Position numbers and translations under genes: made by a program | Assembly: GCA_964540105.1 (NCBI GenBank) | Contig: CAZILL010000002.1 | Span: forward strand, 909,102 to 973,101 | Direction of reading: 5' to 3' | Length of the DNA: 64,000 nucleotides | DNA from: an uncultured Ignavibacteriales bacterium | GTDB taxonomy: Bacteria > Zixibacteria > MSB-5A5 > GN15 > FEB-12 | Notes under the pieces: generated by a model | What the model saw: only the letters and a program-made list of their open reading frames with translations | The model's database searches: none | Told to the model about the DNA's origin: nothing | Shown: positions 1 to 10,993 of the stretch, in pieces | Position numbering within the stretch: the first letter of the stretch is position 1 | Layout of the letters: each line of letters begins with the position of its first letter

Positions 1-1
1 A

Positions 2-2860
2 AGCTCCAAAAGAGGAGATTGGTACACGTATCGGATACCAATCCGCGATTCCTCCGCGCTTGACAAGATCGTCAGAGACGATTCGACTCAATCGCCCAAG
101 TGGTCAGATATCTGGCATGTGCGCGTCTGGATGGAAACCCCCCGCGACAAGCAACCTGAAACCGCTAGCGTGGAAATTGCCGCGTGGTACTTCGTACAGT
201 CCAATTGGGCCGACACATTGCTTTCGAAGCCGCGCTCCCTTGACACGGCGCGGTTTCTTGCCGCCTCGGTCAGCACCGAGGATGGCACGTTCACCAAGCC
301 CGATGACGTCCCAGACGTCGTGGACAAGACCAATAACGTCACTGAGCCCCAACGGGGGTTGGCACTCGTGTATAACAACTTTCGTTCGGGTGATACCGGC
401 ATGGTGGTCAAGCGACTCCTCTCCGTCGAGAAATACACAGGTTATCGTCGGATGAAAATGTACGTGCACGGAGATGAGCACGTCGACCGATCACGCCAGC
501 CACGTTTCTTCTTTCGACTTGGTCGGGACTCACTCAACTACTATGAGTACTTTACCCAGCTCCGCCCGGGATGGAACGACAGCAACGAGGTCAATATCGA
601 CTTCAACGAGTTAACCGCGCTCAAAGTGTCGTCGGAGAAATCGACCGAGAAGTATCGGGTGAAGGGGGCGCCCAGCATCAACGATGTCATCTACTTTGCC
701 GCCGGCATCACTGTCGATTCTGCCAGTGCTCCCATCGGCGTCGCTGATTCCGGTCAGGTTTGGCTCGATGAACTGCGCGTCACCGACGTGCGCCGCGACC
801 GCGGCAACGCCGGGCGCGTGCATGTCGACGGATCGTTCGCGGATCTCATCACCTACAATGCCTCATGGTTAAAGCGTGACCCATTTTTCCGTGGTGTTTC
901 AGCTGCGACCCGTGGCGGCGGAGGTGACAACCTCGGTAGCGGGAGCACTCAGATAACCTATGACTACAGCGTCACTCTGAACCTGGACAAGTTCCTTCCG
1001 CGATCCTGGACCCCTCGGTTGCCGGTTTCTTACAGTTACTTCAACGATGTCAAGATCCCGCTCTTGCGCACGGGTTCTGATATCATTCTTCCGAAAACGG
1101 CCAGCGATTCTGAAAAGAGCACGATCGAAACTCACAATTTCAGCGTGAACGAGGCCTTCAGCCGGAAGGGAAGGAACCCGCTCTTCAATCTGCTTCTGAA
1201 TCGCCAGAGCGCCAGCTTCTCCTACGGACGTAGCACGAGCCGATCGGCCACGAATCCGCTGATGCTCGGCGAGAATTACAATATCAACGGAAACTTCGAC
1301 ATGGCGGTGCAGAAACCGCCTGTTCTTCCCATTTTCTTCTGGGCGAAGCCGATCCCAATCCTGAAGAGAATCTCAAAGTCAAAGCTTGGACTCTATCCAA
1401 CCACCTGGCAGTGGTCCGGACGGTTCAATCGAGATCTCTCCATCACCACCGATATCAATAGGAACACCGTGAGTTCCCTCAGGCGAACCATGGACTTACA
1501 GACCAACCTCAACTACAAGGTGTTCGACAACCTCTCGGCTACCTACAGCTACCAAACTGTGCGCGATATTTCCGATCCCGATCTGGTCACGCTTTCGATA
1601 CGAAAACTTCGTCTGGGTATTGAAACAAACTACTCGCAGAACTTCTCGTCTACCTACGATCCGAAGCTCTTCACCTTCCTTACTACGGGATTCCAGTTTA
1701 GCAGCACGTACACCGATCGCTACGAGCGCCCTACCGATTCCCGTGCCGCAAGTCTGTCGAGTTCATGGTCGGTCTCCGGCACGTTTCGCCACCTTTCCTT
1801 CCTCGGCGGGGATCGTTCACAACCGGGTGCAGCCTCCGCGACCGGTCGTGGCTTTATCGATTCCTCGGCCGCGAAAGTGAAAAAGACCGGCCGACCTCTG
1901 TACGATTACCCTTTGTCACTCCTCCGCTTTCTCACCGGCTGGATACAGCCGATCGGCTATCGCTACAGCACGGGTTACAATAATTCGCTTCCCGGAGTCA
2001 AGGATCGCCCCAATTTTGGGTACCGACTCGGACTCTATCGCTTCGCAGACGTCCCTACCGTCCGCGTCAGCCAGACCGTGACTGCCGGAGAGAGCGAGAA
2101 CTACGAACTCTCCTCAGGTTTCGGTTTCCTGGGCGGGTTGTCCACCGATGTGCGCTTTCGCCGAGCGATCACGCGTGATCTCATCAGGCAGGGAAGTCGT
2201 TACGAGAATGTCAGCACCGGCTGGCCCGACCTGAGCATTCGCATTAATCGCTTCACGAAATTCCCTTTTGTCAAAGATCTTGTCAATCGGTTCATTACGG
2301 TGTTTGCCCCGCAAACATCCTATACTCGTCAGACCAAAGAGCAACGCGACCTCTCGGCCGGCTATCTCACGAGTCGATCGATCTCTACCGATCGCAGTCC
2401 GCTCCTGTCCGTCACCTTCCGAGTGTTTCGCTCGCTGTCAATGTCCGGCTCGTACGGCACTGGTTCGTCCAATGACTTTAGTTACAACCAGACCACGGGA
2501 ACGCTGCAAACGGAGTCCCGAACCCGCCAAAGCTCTGTAGCCCTTACGGCTCGTTACAGCTTCACCGCGCCCGGCGGGCTGCGCATCCCTCTCCTGGGGA
2601 GGCTGAAGTTCAACTCGGTGATGAGCATCGATGTCAATGTGAGAAAGAGTACTCGCTACGGAGAGTCCAGGGCTGCAGGCGAACGCTTCAAGAAAAACAC
2701 CGATAACTCCGACTTCTCCGTCAACCCTGTCATCAGTTACAGTTTCAGTCAGCAACTGAAAGGAGGACTGCAGGGAACCTGGCAGGATACCAACGACGCC
2801 TACAACAAGCGCAAGAACCACGTTCGCCAACTTCAGATCTGGGCGGAGTTCCGTTTCTGA
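2..2860 (+). CDS. sprA: SprA-like large outer-membrane beta-barrel (T9SS translocon family), 5'-truncated by the window edge
   Basis: Frame is open from base 2 (GDWYTYRIPI...HVRVWM). SprA-like segments include YRRMKMYVHGD, FFRLGRDSLNYYEY, VKGAPSINDV and GQVWLDELRVTD, followed by many amphipathic beta strands and a terminal beta-signal WAEFRF. Confidence 0.8.
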   Translation, partial: SSKRGDWYTYRIPIRDSSALDKIVRDDSTQSPKWSDIWHVRVWMETPRDKQPETASVEIAAWYFVQSNWADTLLSKPRSLDTARFLAASVSTEDGTFTKPDDVPDVVDKTNNVTEPQRGLALVYNNFRSGDTGMVVKRLLSVEKYTGYRRMKMYVHGDEHVDRSRQPRFFFRLGRDSLNYYEYFTQLRPGWNDSNEVNIDFNELTALKVSSEKSTEKYRVKGAPSINDVIYFAAGITVDSASAPIGVADSGQVWLDELRVTDVRRDRGNAGRVHVDGSFADLITYNASWLKRDPFFRGVSAATRGGGGDNLGSGSTQITYDYSVTLNLDKFLPRSWTPRLPVSYSYFNDVKIPLLRTGSDIILPKTASDSEKSTIETHNFSVNEAFSRKGRNPLFNLLLNRQSASFSYGRSTSRSATNPLMLGENYNINGNFDMAVQKPPVLPIFFWAKPIPILKRISKSKLGLYPTTWQWSGRFNRDLSITTDINRNTVSSLRRTMDLQTNLNYKVFDNLSATYSYQTVRDISDPDLVTLSIRKLRLGIETNYSQNFSSTYDPKLFTFLTTGFQFSSTYTDRYERPTDSRAASLSSSWSVSGTFRHLSFLGGDRSQPGAASATGRGFIDSSAAKVKKTGRPLYDYPLSLLRFLTGWIQPIGYRYSTGYNNSLPGVKDRPNFGYRLGLYRFADVPTVRVSQTVTAGESENYELSSGFGFLGGLSTDVRFRRAITRDLIRQGSRYENVSTGWPDLSIRINRFTKFPFVKDLVNRFITVFAPQTSYTRQTKEQRDLSAGYLTSRSISTDRSPLLSVTFRVFRSLSMSGSYGTGSSNDFSYNQTTGTLQTESRTRQSSVALTARYSFTAPGGLRIPLLGRLKFNSVMSIDVNVRKSTRYGESRAAGERFKKNTDNSDFSVNPVISYSFSQQLKGGLQGTWQDTNDAYNKRKNHVRQLQIWAEFRF

Positions 2861-2906
2861 CATCTTTTCGTTTGACACCTCCGCGCGTTTCACTCTTATT
2901 CCCCAC

Positions 2907-3833
2907 GTGCGTGGTACCGGCCTTCTCATCTTGCAGGCGACAATCCTCTTCTTGGCCTGTTCGGCGACCCATGTTACTCCCCCCGAGTTTGATGGCGAAC
3001 GAGCGCTTTCATATGTAAATCAACAGGTAGCCTTTGGTCCAAGAGTCCCGGGATCGGCCGCTTGGGCTAATTGCCGCGCCTCCTATTACAGCCATTTCAT
3101 AAAGCTCGGCCTTACTGTCGATTCTCAATCCGCGACTTTCATCGATCCTTACTCAGGCGCAGTCAAGCCGCTTGTCAATGTGATCGCTCGCGTACGACCT
3201 GCGAACGCGGCATCAACGACCGTTCTTCTCGTGGCCCACTACGATAGTCGACCGCGCACTGAGAACAACTCCGACCCCGCCCGCAAAGGCGATTCCCTGC
3301 TTGGGGCCAACGACGGAGCTTCCGGTGTGGCCGTTCTCATGGAACTGGCGAATGTTTTTGCTACAGAACCTCCTGCTGTCAACGTCGATCTCCTGCTCGT
3401 GGATGCCGAAGACTGGGGTGAAGAAGGAGACACTGACTACTACCTCCTCGGGTCGCGGCACTTCGCTTCAAGCACACCGAAAGAAACTTACGCGTTCGCA
3501 ATCGTCCTGGATATGGTCGGCGACAAAGATCAGGCAATCTATCGCGAGCAATACTCAGAACGTTTCCACAAACCGCTTAACGATCTGGTCTGGCACACCG
3601 CACAGCAACTACACATCACGGGTTTTATCGACTCAGTGAAATACGCTGTTACCGATGATCATCTCCCCTTGAATGTCGCCGGAATTCCCACTATTGATAT
3701 AATTGATTTTGATTATCCGCACTGGCATACCGAGCGCGACACTCCCGACAAATGTAGCCCGCAAGCGCTGGCGAATGTTGGGCACGTCCTGGCCGACATC
3801 ATCTACAATCCGTCGACATGGCCCAAGAAATGA
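2907..3833 (+). CDS. M28 family zinc peptidase / glutaminyl-cyclase-like lipoprotein
   Basis: Lipobox-like LFLAC; motifs FGPRVPGS, AHYDSRP, GANDGASGVAVLMELA, DAEDWG, LDMVGD, DDHLP, WHTERDT. Confidence 0.85.
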   Translation: MRGTGLLILQATILFLACSATHVTPPEFDGERALSYVNQQVAFGPRVPGSAAWANCRASYYSHFIKLGLTVDSQSATFIDPYSGAVKPLVNVIARVRPANAASTTVLLVAHYDSRPRTENNSDPARKGDSLLGANDGASGVAVLMELANVFATEPPAVNVDLLLVDAEDWGEEGDTDYYLLGSRHFASSTPKETYAFAIVLDMVGDKDQAIYREQYSERFHKPLNDLVWHTAQQLHITGFIDSVKYAVTDDHLPLNVAGIPTIDIIDFDYPHWHTERDTPDKCSPQALANVGHVLADIIYNPSTWPKK

Positions 3834-5200
3834 TTAGACAGCCCCGCGATTTCCCATCTATCGAGGAACTCCTTCAGCACGATGAGCTAATGCCGCTGAT
3901 CGACGCTCTTCCGAGGCCTATCGCCGCTGAAGTCATCAAATCTGTGGTGGCGTCACGCAAGCAGGGCCTCAAAGAGAGTGCAGAGCCGATTACCGTTCAA
4001 TCCCTGATAACCTCCATCACGGATGCGTTGTCTCTGGCCAAGCGACGCGAGATTCGTCGGGTCATCAACGCTACCGGCGTTATCATCCACACCAACCTGG
4101 GTCGCGCCCCACTCTCGGACTCTCTCTTCGAATCCGTACGAAATGCTGTTACCGGCTATGGCAACATCGAATTTGATCTCACCACAGGTCAGCGCGGCTC
4201 CCGGGGTACTGCTTGCGAGCACTATTTGTCGACACTGGCCGAAGCCGAGAGTGCCACTGTTGTCAATAACTGTGCCGCCGCTCTGTTTCTCATCGTCAAC
4301 AGCCTCGCCAACCGCAAGAAAGTGATTATTTCGCGCGGCGAGCTGGTTCAAATCGGCGGTGGCTTCCGGATTCCCGACATCCTTCGCCGGGCCGGCGCCC
4401 GACTGTGCGAGGTTGGAACGACCAATATTACTACCCTCGCCGACTACGAGCAGAACCTTGAGCCGTCCGTCGGTCTGATTCTCAAAGTGCACAAGAGCAA
4501 CTTTGTGCAAGCGGGATTCACCGATGAAGTACCTCTCAAAGAGCTCGTCGCGCTTGGTCATAGCCACAAAATCCCGATTGTCAACGATCTTGGCAGCGGC
4601 CTCTTTTCCCAGACTGCGAAACTTCTCACCGATCAGGAGCCTACGGTTCAGCAGTCAGTTCGCGCAGGCACGGATCTGACCTGCTTTTCCGGCGACAAGA
4701 TGCTCGGGGGACTTCAGTCGGGACTGATTGTCGGAAAGAAAGATCTCATCGTGCAATTGAAGAAGAACCCTCTCTTTAGAACGGTTCGCGTCGACAAGAT
4801 CGTCCTCGCCATGCTCGAGCGCCTTCTGGTTTCGTATCTCAACGATTCCGCCACGGTTGACATCAGACTCTGGTCACTCCTTGCGGTACCGGTCTCCGAT
4901 CTCTATCGGCGCGGCAAGCAGATACTGAGCGAACTCGGAAGTCCGCACGGCCTAAGCGTCGAGGCGACCAGTGCGTATGTCGGCGGTGGAGCCCTGCCCG
5001 AATCCGAAATCCCCTCGGTCGGAATCGTCTTCTCTTCTGTTTACAGAGCATCCGAGCTCTTGACTCGATTCCGCGCGTGCGAGACTCCGATCATTGGTCG
5101 CATCGACAATGACCGCCTCATTCTCGATCTGAAGGCGGTCGACGAAGCAGATTTCCCCGCCCTCATCTCGTCCATACGCGCCTGCATTGTCAAGGCTTGA
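3818..5200 (+). CDS. selA: L-seryl-tRNA(Sec) selenium transferase
   Basis: VINATGVIIHTNLGRAPL, VVNNCAAA, SRGELVQIGGGFRIPD, EVGTTN, PLP lysine motif FSGDKMLGG; adjacent to selB. Confidence 0.96.
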   Translation: MAQEMIRQPRDFPSIEELLQHDELMPLIDALPRPIAAEVIKSVVASRKQGLKESAEPITVQSLITSITDALSLAKRREIRRVINATGVIIHTNLGRAPLSDSLFESVRNAVTGYGNIEFDLTTGQRGSRGTACEHYLSTLAEAESATVVNNCAAALFLIVNSLANRKKVIISRGELVQIGGGFRIPDILRRAGARLCEVGTTNITTLADYEQNLEPSVGLILKVHKSNFVQAGFTDEVPLKELVALGHSHKIPIVNDLGSGLFSQTAKLLTDQEPTVQQSVRAGTDLTCFSGDKMLGGLQSGLIVGKKDLIVQLKKNPLFRTVRVDKIVLAMLERLLVSYLNDSATVDIRLWSLLAVPVSDLYRRGKQILSELGSPHGLSVEATSAYVGGGALPESEIPSVGIVFSSVYRASELLTRFRACETPIIGRIDNDRLILDLKAVDEADFPALISSIRACIVKA

Positions 5201-5210
5201 TGTCGCTGCC

Positions 5211-7115
5211 ATGATAGTCGTCGGGACCGCAGGGCACATCGATCACGGCAAGTCATCGATCGTCAAACGTCTGACAGGTACTGACCCCGATCGCCTGCCT
5301 GAGGAGAAGGCACGCGGTATGACCATCGATCTTGGTTTTGCTTTCTACCACACGCCCGCCGGTGAACATATCGCCTTTGTCGATGTCCCTGGGCATGAAC
5401 GACTTGTCAAGAACATGATCGCTGGTGCGGGAGGTGTTGACATCGTCATGCTTGTCGTGGCTGCCGATGACGGTTGGATGCCGCAGAGCCAAGAGCATTT
5501 CCAGATTGTCAAACTGCTCGGTGTGCACTCCGGCCTAATCGTCATTAACAAGACCGATCTCGTAGATTCAGACTGGCTCGATCTGCTCGATCAGGATCTG
5601 ACCAGTCGACTCGCCGGTTCCTTTTTGGCTACCGCTCCCCGATTTCGTGTCTCCGCACAGACTGGCGACGGCTTTGACAAACTCAAAGAACATCTCGACG
5701 GAGTTCCGGGCGCCATTCCTGCCCGGGGCGACCGCAGGAAAGCGCGAGTTTACATCGATCGATCGTTTGTCCGCCCCGGCATTGGCGGCGTCGTGACCGG
5801 CACGCTTCGGGGTGGGTCCCTCACCCTCGGCCAGAACGTAGGTATTTGGCCATCACAAGCGGTCGGCAAGATTCGCTCTCTTCACTCCGAGAATCAGGAA
5901 ATCCAGATTGCTGTCCCCGGACAGCGAACAGCTGTCGCCGTGACCGGGGTTGACAAGGATCTCCTCGTCCGTGGAGGGGCTATCACTGATCGCATCGACC
6001 TGGCTTTCTTCACAGAGCATCCGGTTCTGGCGCTATCGGTCGATCTTCTCGCGGAGTCGCCGTTTCCCTTGGAGGATCACCGCCGTGTCCAAGTTCTGGT
6101 TGGTACTTCTGAAGTAGATGGTGAAGTTCGAATCTACTCCGATCAACCCATTCGTCCGGGAGGCAGCGGCGTCGCGTTCTTTCGCCCCGACACGCCGCTC
6201 TTCACGCTCGTCAGCGACCGGTATATCCTCCGACTCCCAACGCCAATGGTCACACTGGGCGGCGGTGTTGTGCTGGATCATAGGGCTCATCTCCCGCGTC
6301 GCAAGGACGTTCCCGCCCTTGGCTATCTGGAAGCCCGCCGCGCGGGCACGCTCGACGCCTACGTAATCTCCGAATTGATCAAACTCGGCATGGCTCCAGT
6401 GGACCGACTCCTGCGCGAATCTGCTTTCTCACCCGACGAGATTGCGGTGACCCTCGACTCGCTGGTCAAGACGCGCCGAGCCGCGCGCTTTCAGCAGTGG
6501 GCGTATCATCCAGAATCCTCAACGCAGGCGATCGATCAGTTCGGTCGACGATTCTCCGACTACTTGAAAGAGAATCCTCATCTCAAGGGAGTTTCGTTTG
6601 AGCAACTCGCGCAATTCTCTCCCTACTCGTCCGACGCCACCCGCCCGCTGGTTGACCTTCTCCTGTCCACCAACCTGCTTGTGCGTTCCGCCGACCGCTA
6701 CGATCTGGCCGGTCGTGGCATGAGTCTCAAGGGACTGATCAAAGAAGCGCACGACCAAATCATGTCACTCCTGAGCGAACAGCCGTACGCGCCCCCCTCG
6801 CTGGCGGCCCTTGCGGCGCCCGGAAAGAACCACCAGCACGCGATCAAGTATATCCTTGAGAGCGGCGAAGGATACAAGTGCGGTTCCGAGTTCATCTTTA
6901 TCAGCTCAGCTTGGAACGAGTTCATTGGGTTCATTCGCTCCACCCTTACAAGCAAGCCGAATATGGCCGTAACCGAACTGCGCGAGCGTTTCGGATTGAC
7001 GCGCAAATATGTCATCCCGATTCTCGAAGAGACCGACCGGATCGGCCTGACCAAACGTCAGGGAGATACCCGTGTTAGAGGAGACCGCTTTGAAAGCCAA
7101 AACCCTGTTCTATAA
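5211..7115 (+). CDS. selB: Selenocysteine-specific elongation factor SelB
   Basis: [30 protein letters not shown] GTPase motifs; C-terminal SECIS-binding winged helix [27 protein letters not shown]. Confidence 0.96.
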   Translation: MIVVGTAGHIDHGKSSIVKRLTGTDPDRLPEEKARGMTIDLGFAFYHTPAGEHIAFVDVPGHERLVKNMIAGAGGVDIVMLVVAADDGWMPQSQEHFQIVKLLGVHSGLIVINKTDLVDSDWLDLLDQDLTSRLAGSFLATAPRFRVSAQTGDGFDKLKEHLDGVPGAIPARGDRRKARVYIDRSFVRPGIGGVVTGTLRGGSLTLGQNVGIWPSQAVGKIRSLHSENQEIQIAVPGQRTAVAVTGVDKDLLVRGGAITDRIDLAFFTEHPVLALSVDLLAESPFPLEDHRRVQVLVGTSEVDGEVRIYSDQPIRPGGSGVAFFRPDTPLFTLVSDRYILRLPTPMVTLGGGVVLDHRAHLPRRKDVPALGYLEARRAGTLDAYVISELIKLGMAPVDRLLRESAFSPDEIAVTLDSLVKTRRAARFQQWAYHPESSTQAIDQFGRRFSDYLKENPHLKGVSFEQLAQFSPYSSDATRPLVDLLLSTNLLVRSADRYDLAGRGMSLKGLIKEAHDQIMSLLSEQPYAPPSLAALAAPGKNHQHAIKYILESGEGYKCGSEFIFISSAWNEFIGFIRSTLTSKPNMAVTELRERFGLTRKYVIPILEETDRIGLTKRQGDTRVRGDRFESQNPVL

Positions 7116-8679
7116 CTGCAACATCTACACTCAGACCGAGCCCGCCTGTGTCAATTCTATCGCCCTGTACAGGAACCGCATCGCCGCTGTGGGCAATAAT
7201 CTACAGCACGACCCCGACTTTGCTTCTTACGCCAAGTGCGATCTGCGCGGGCGAACCATTATTCCGGGACTCGTCGACGCTCACACCCATCTGTACTACT
7301 TCGCCCTCTCCTTGGGTCGAGTCTTTCTCGACGCTCCGCCCACAATCGACGCTTGTCTTGAAACGATCCAGCGCTTTGCCTCCAGATTGCCGGCAAACGA
7401 ATGGGTGGTCGGCGAAGGCTATGCGCCCGACCGTTTCAATCGTCGACTCGAGCCGGATCGCTATCTGCTCGACTCCGTTACCGGTGGACGTCCCGCCTTC
7501 ATTTTCTCCAAAGACCAGCATTCGGCTTGGGTGAACAGCCTCGCGCTTGAAATTGCCGGCATCACTCGGACATCGCCCGATCCCGACGGCGGTGTGATCG
7601 TCCGCGATTCCGACGGCGAGCCGATCGGCATTTTGCGTGAGGGCCCTGCCTATCTGCCGGTCCACAGTCGCATTCCACTACCGCCCCGCGCCGAGATCCG
7701 TCGCCGCTATCATCTCGCTTTGGATCACGCTTACAAGAAGGGGGTCACCGGCGTGCACTCCTTCGATGGCCCCGACGCCTTGCCGTTCTTTGAGGAGCTG
7801 GCCGAAACCCAGTCGGTCGGGCTGAGAGTCAATTACTACCCGGCCGCCCGATTGCTTCCGGCTCTCCTGAAGAGCCGCACATATTATGGCACAGGAACTG
7901 AGCTCTTTCGCATTGCTGGGATCAAGCTCTTCGCCGACGGTTCGCTCGGCAGCCAGACCGCGCACTGTTTTCAGAAGTATCTTGGATCGAAAGACAACTA
8001 CGGTATTGCGACCGCTTCAGTCGACGACATGGCTGAGATCATGAAACAAGCCGGCCGGCTCGGTCTTCCTTGCGCCGTTCACGCGATTGGTGATCACGCT
8101 GTCTCAAACGTCCTCGACGCTCTTGAGAGCGCCGCCCCGCGTCTCCATTTCGGTGCACGTCATCGCATCGAGCACCTTCAACTCATCCGACGCGCCGACA
8201 TCGCGAGTCTGAAACGACTCGGCGTCGTGGCCTCAATGCAGCCGTCCCACTGTCCGTCTGATATCGATCTCATCCGCACATATTGGGGAAAACGTGGAGC
8301 CAACGCCTTCATCTTTCGTACCTTGGTCGACAAGGGGATCGACCTCGCTTTCGGATCTGACGCTCCCATCGAGCCGCTTGACCCGATCGCCGGCATTGCT
8401 GCTGCTGTGCGTCGTGCGAAGCAATCCAGTCGCGACCTGTTTTATCCCGATCAGAGAATCAGCATAGAAGAAGCCCTCTTTCGTTTTACTGCCGGCCCGG
8501 CTATTGCCGCCGGACAACAGCACTGTCGCGGCTATCTCCTGCCCGGCTATCCTGCCGACCTCGTTATTCTCGACGAAGACATCACCAGGACCGCGCCATC
8601 GAAACTGTACCAGCTCGCACCCGCAGCTACCATCCTCGATGGGAAGATCAAATACTGTCATGCGTCGCTGAAACTCTGA
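7090..8679 (+). CDS. Metal-dependent amidohydrolase (YtcJ / Amidohydro_3 type)
   Basis: [41 protein letters not shown] motifs; TTG start after GAGGAG, overlapping the end of selB. Confidence 0.88.
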   Translation: MKAKTLFYNCNIYTQTEPACVNSIALYRNRIAAVGNNLQHDPDFASYAKCDLRGRTIIPGLVDAHTHLYYFALSLGRVFLDAPPTIDACLETIQRFASRLPANEWVVGEGYAPDRFNRRLEPDRYLLDSVTGGRPAFIFSKDQHSAWVNSLALEIAGITRTSPDPDGGVIVRDSDGEPIGILREGPAYLPVHSRIPLPPRAEIRRRYHLALDHAYKKGVTGVHSFDGPDALPFFEELAETQSVGLRVNYYPAARLLPALLKSRTYYGTGTELFRIAGIKLFADGSLGSQTAHCFQKYLGSKDNYGIATASVDDMAEIMKQAGRLGLPCAVHAIGDHAVSNVLDALESAAPRLHFGARHRIEHLQLIRRADIASLKRLGVVASMQPSHCPSDIDLIRTYWGKRGANAFIFRTLVDKGIDLAFGSDAPIEPLDPIAGIAAAVRRAKQSSRDLFYPDQRISIEEALFRFTAGPAIAAGQQHCRGYLLPGYPADLVILDEDITRTAPSKLYQLAPAATILDGKIKYCHASLKL

Positions 8680-8770
8680 TCCCTCGCTGCCATCTGGCTT
8701 CAGCGCTTTATTTGCATTGACACCAGACTACACACTTGTGCATATTGCTTCCGGGCGACTGAGAACAATT

Positions 8771-10129
8771 ATGAAACAAAGAATCATCCTCATCCTGTCA
8801 GTACTCCTCATGGGGAGCTCACTGCTTTCATTGACCCTGCGCTATGTCGCATCCGCTGATTCCACCGCTTCGTCTCCAGACACTGCGACCTTTCCCCGAA
8901 GTATGGGAGAGAGCGTCAGTTCCGGACGACTCGTCTATCGTCTTGAGATCGACGGCGCCATTGGAGCGGTCACCGACGATCGCATTGCCGACGCCCTCGT
9001 GAAAGCTGAGGACAACAGTGCCGAACTACTCGTAGTCATCCTTGACACCCCCGGTGGTTTCACCAAACCGACCTGGTCGATCTGCAAACGATTTCTCAAC
9101 AGTTCGATACCTATCTGCATCTACATCGCGCCGTCAGGCGCGCGCGCCGGATCAGCCGGAGTCTACATGACCTACTCCGCCCATTTCGCGGCCATGGCCC
9201 CCTCGACCAATATTGGGGCGGCCCATCCGGTCTCGGGTGAAGGTCAGAAGGTCGATTCCATCATGAACGAAAAAATCACCAACGATGCCGTCGCCCAGAT
9301 CAGAGCCGCCGCCTCCAAGCGGGGCCGCAACGCCCTGTGGGCCGAGCGTGCCGTGCGCGAGTCTGTCTCAATCACTGACAAAGACGCGCTCGACTCCAAT
9401 GTCATCAATGTCCGCGCTGAGAATTTCACCGATCTGCTCCGCCAACTTGACGGACGCGAGACCGAACTCCCGTATGGCAAGAAGACGCTGAACCTCACCA
9501 ACGCCCGAACCGTAACTATCAAACACACTTTTGTGCAGAAACTGCTCGAGATTATCACGTCGCCCGACGTCGCCTTCATCCTGTTTTCACTCGGCGGGCT
9601 TGGGATCGTCATTGAACTCTACAATCCGGGCGCCATTCTCCCGGGCGTCGTTGGCGCGATCAGCCTGATCCTCTCGTTCTACGCCTTCCAGACCCTGCCC
9701 ATCAACTACGCCGGTGTTCTGCTCATCCTGCTGGCGGTGATCCTGTTCATTGTTGAAATAAAAGTTGTCAGCCACGGTCTGTTGACCGTTGGCGGTGTTG
9801 TATCTCTGGTCTTGGGAGGTCTCATGCTCATCGACACCGTTGACCCTACCCTGAGAGTTTCCTGGTCGGTCCTGCTCACGATGGCCGTACTGATTGGCCT
9901 CACGCTCATCACCGTCCTCTTTATGGTTGTCAAAGCCAATCGTCACAAACCGTTCCTTGGTCAGAACGCGCTGATCGGCAAGCATGGCGTCGCTCATGCC
10001 GACGGGTTCGTGTATGTCGACGGGGCGCTCTGGAAAGCTGAACCCGACCAGCCGCTTGCGGTCGGAGATAAGATCGAAGTGGTCGGAGTCGAAAGCCTGA
10101 CCCTGAAAGTAAGAAAGCTAAACTCGTAA
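8771..10129 (+). CDS. nfeD: NfeD family membrane-bound serine protease (long form)
   Basis: LDTPGG, RAGSAG, AAMAPSTNIGAAHPV, a multi-TM region and a C-terminal OB fold (VYVDGALWKA); paired with an SPFH gene. Confidence 0.9.
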   Translation: MKQRIILILSVLLMGSSLLSLTLRYVASADSTASSPDTATFPRSMGESVSSGRLVYRLEIDGAIGAVTDDRIADALVKAEDNSAELLVVILDTPGGFTKPTWSICKRFLNSSIPICIYIAPSGARAGSAGVYMTYSAHFAAMAPSTNIGAAHPVSGEGQKVDSIMNEKITNDAVAQIRAAASKRGRNALWAERAVRESVSITDKDALDSNVINVRAENFTDLLRQLDGRETELPYGKKTLNLTNARTVTIKHTFVQKLLEIITSPDVAFILFSLGGLGIVIELYNPGAILPGVVGAISLILSFYAFQTLPINYAGVLLILLAVILFIVEIKVVSHGLLTVGGVVSLVLGGLMLIDTVDPTLRVSWSVLLTMAVLIGLTLITVLFMVVKANRHKPFLGQNALIGKHGVAHADGFVYVDGALWKAEPDQPLAVGDKIEVVGVESLTLKVRKLNS

Positions 10130-10144
10130 CAGGAGGTTACTGAT

Positions 10145-10909
10145 ATGGGATTTCCCGTACTGGCAGCAATTGTCTTTTTTGCCCTGCTCATTCTGGTCAA
10201 CACACTCAAGATTCTCAACGAATACGAACGCGGCGTCATCTTTCGTCTCGGCCGTCTGATCGGCGCCAAAGGGCCCGGGCTCATCGTGCTGATCCCGATC
10301 GTCGACAAGATGAAACGTGTCGATCTGCGCGTCATCACCTACGACGTCCCCCCGCAGGATGTCATCACCAAGGACAACGTGTCGCTCAAAGTGAACGCAG
10401 TGCTCTACTTTCAGGTGATCGACCCCAACAAGGCCGTGGTATCCGTGGCCAATTTCTTCGAGGCCACCAATCAGATCGCCCAGACTACGCTCCGTTCGGT
10501 TCTCGGTCAGGTGCTGCTCGACGAACTCCTTGCCAACCGAGAGAAGATCAATCTCGAGCTGCAGAATATCATCGACGCCCAGACTGAACCCTGGGGCGTG
10601 AAAGTTTCCACAGTTGAAGTCAAGAATGTCGATCTGCCGCCCGAGATGATGCGCGCCATGGCCAAACAGGCCGAAGCTGAGCGCGAACGCCGCGCAAAGA
10701 TCATTCACGCGGAAGGTGAGTTCCAGGCCTCACAGAAGCTGGCTGACGCCGCCGGCGTAATTGCCACCCAGCCCGATGCCATGCAATTGCGGTTCCTGCA
10801 GACGCTCGTGGAAGTTTCCGCTGAGAAGAACTCGACGATTATCTTCCCGGTCCCGATCGACCTCCTCAGCTCCTTCCAGAAGTTCCTCGATAGAAAGGCG
10901 ACGTCGTAG
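10145..10909 (+). CDS. SPFH / stomatin-like (slipin) protein
   Basis: [57 protein letters not shown]. Confidence 0.95.
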   Translation: MGFPVLAAIVFFALLILVNTLKILNEYERGVIFRLGRLIGAKGPGLIVLIPIVDKMKRVDLRVITYDVPPQDVITKDNVSLKVNAVLYFQVIDPNKAVVSVANFFEATNQIAQTTLRSVLGQVLLDELLANREKINLELQNIIDAQTEPWGVKVSTVEVKNVDLPPEMMRAMAKQAEAERERRAKIIHAEGEFQASQKLADAAGVIATQPDAMQLRFLQTLVEVSAEKNSTIIFPVPIDLLSSFQKFLDRKATS

Positions 10910-10993
10910 AGATTCGATTCTGAAATAATAATCTGCACTTGCACTACCTCTGATGCAGGGAATGCTGATTAGTTTGGAGACAATCGAGCGCGT

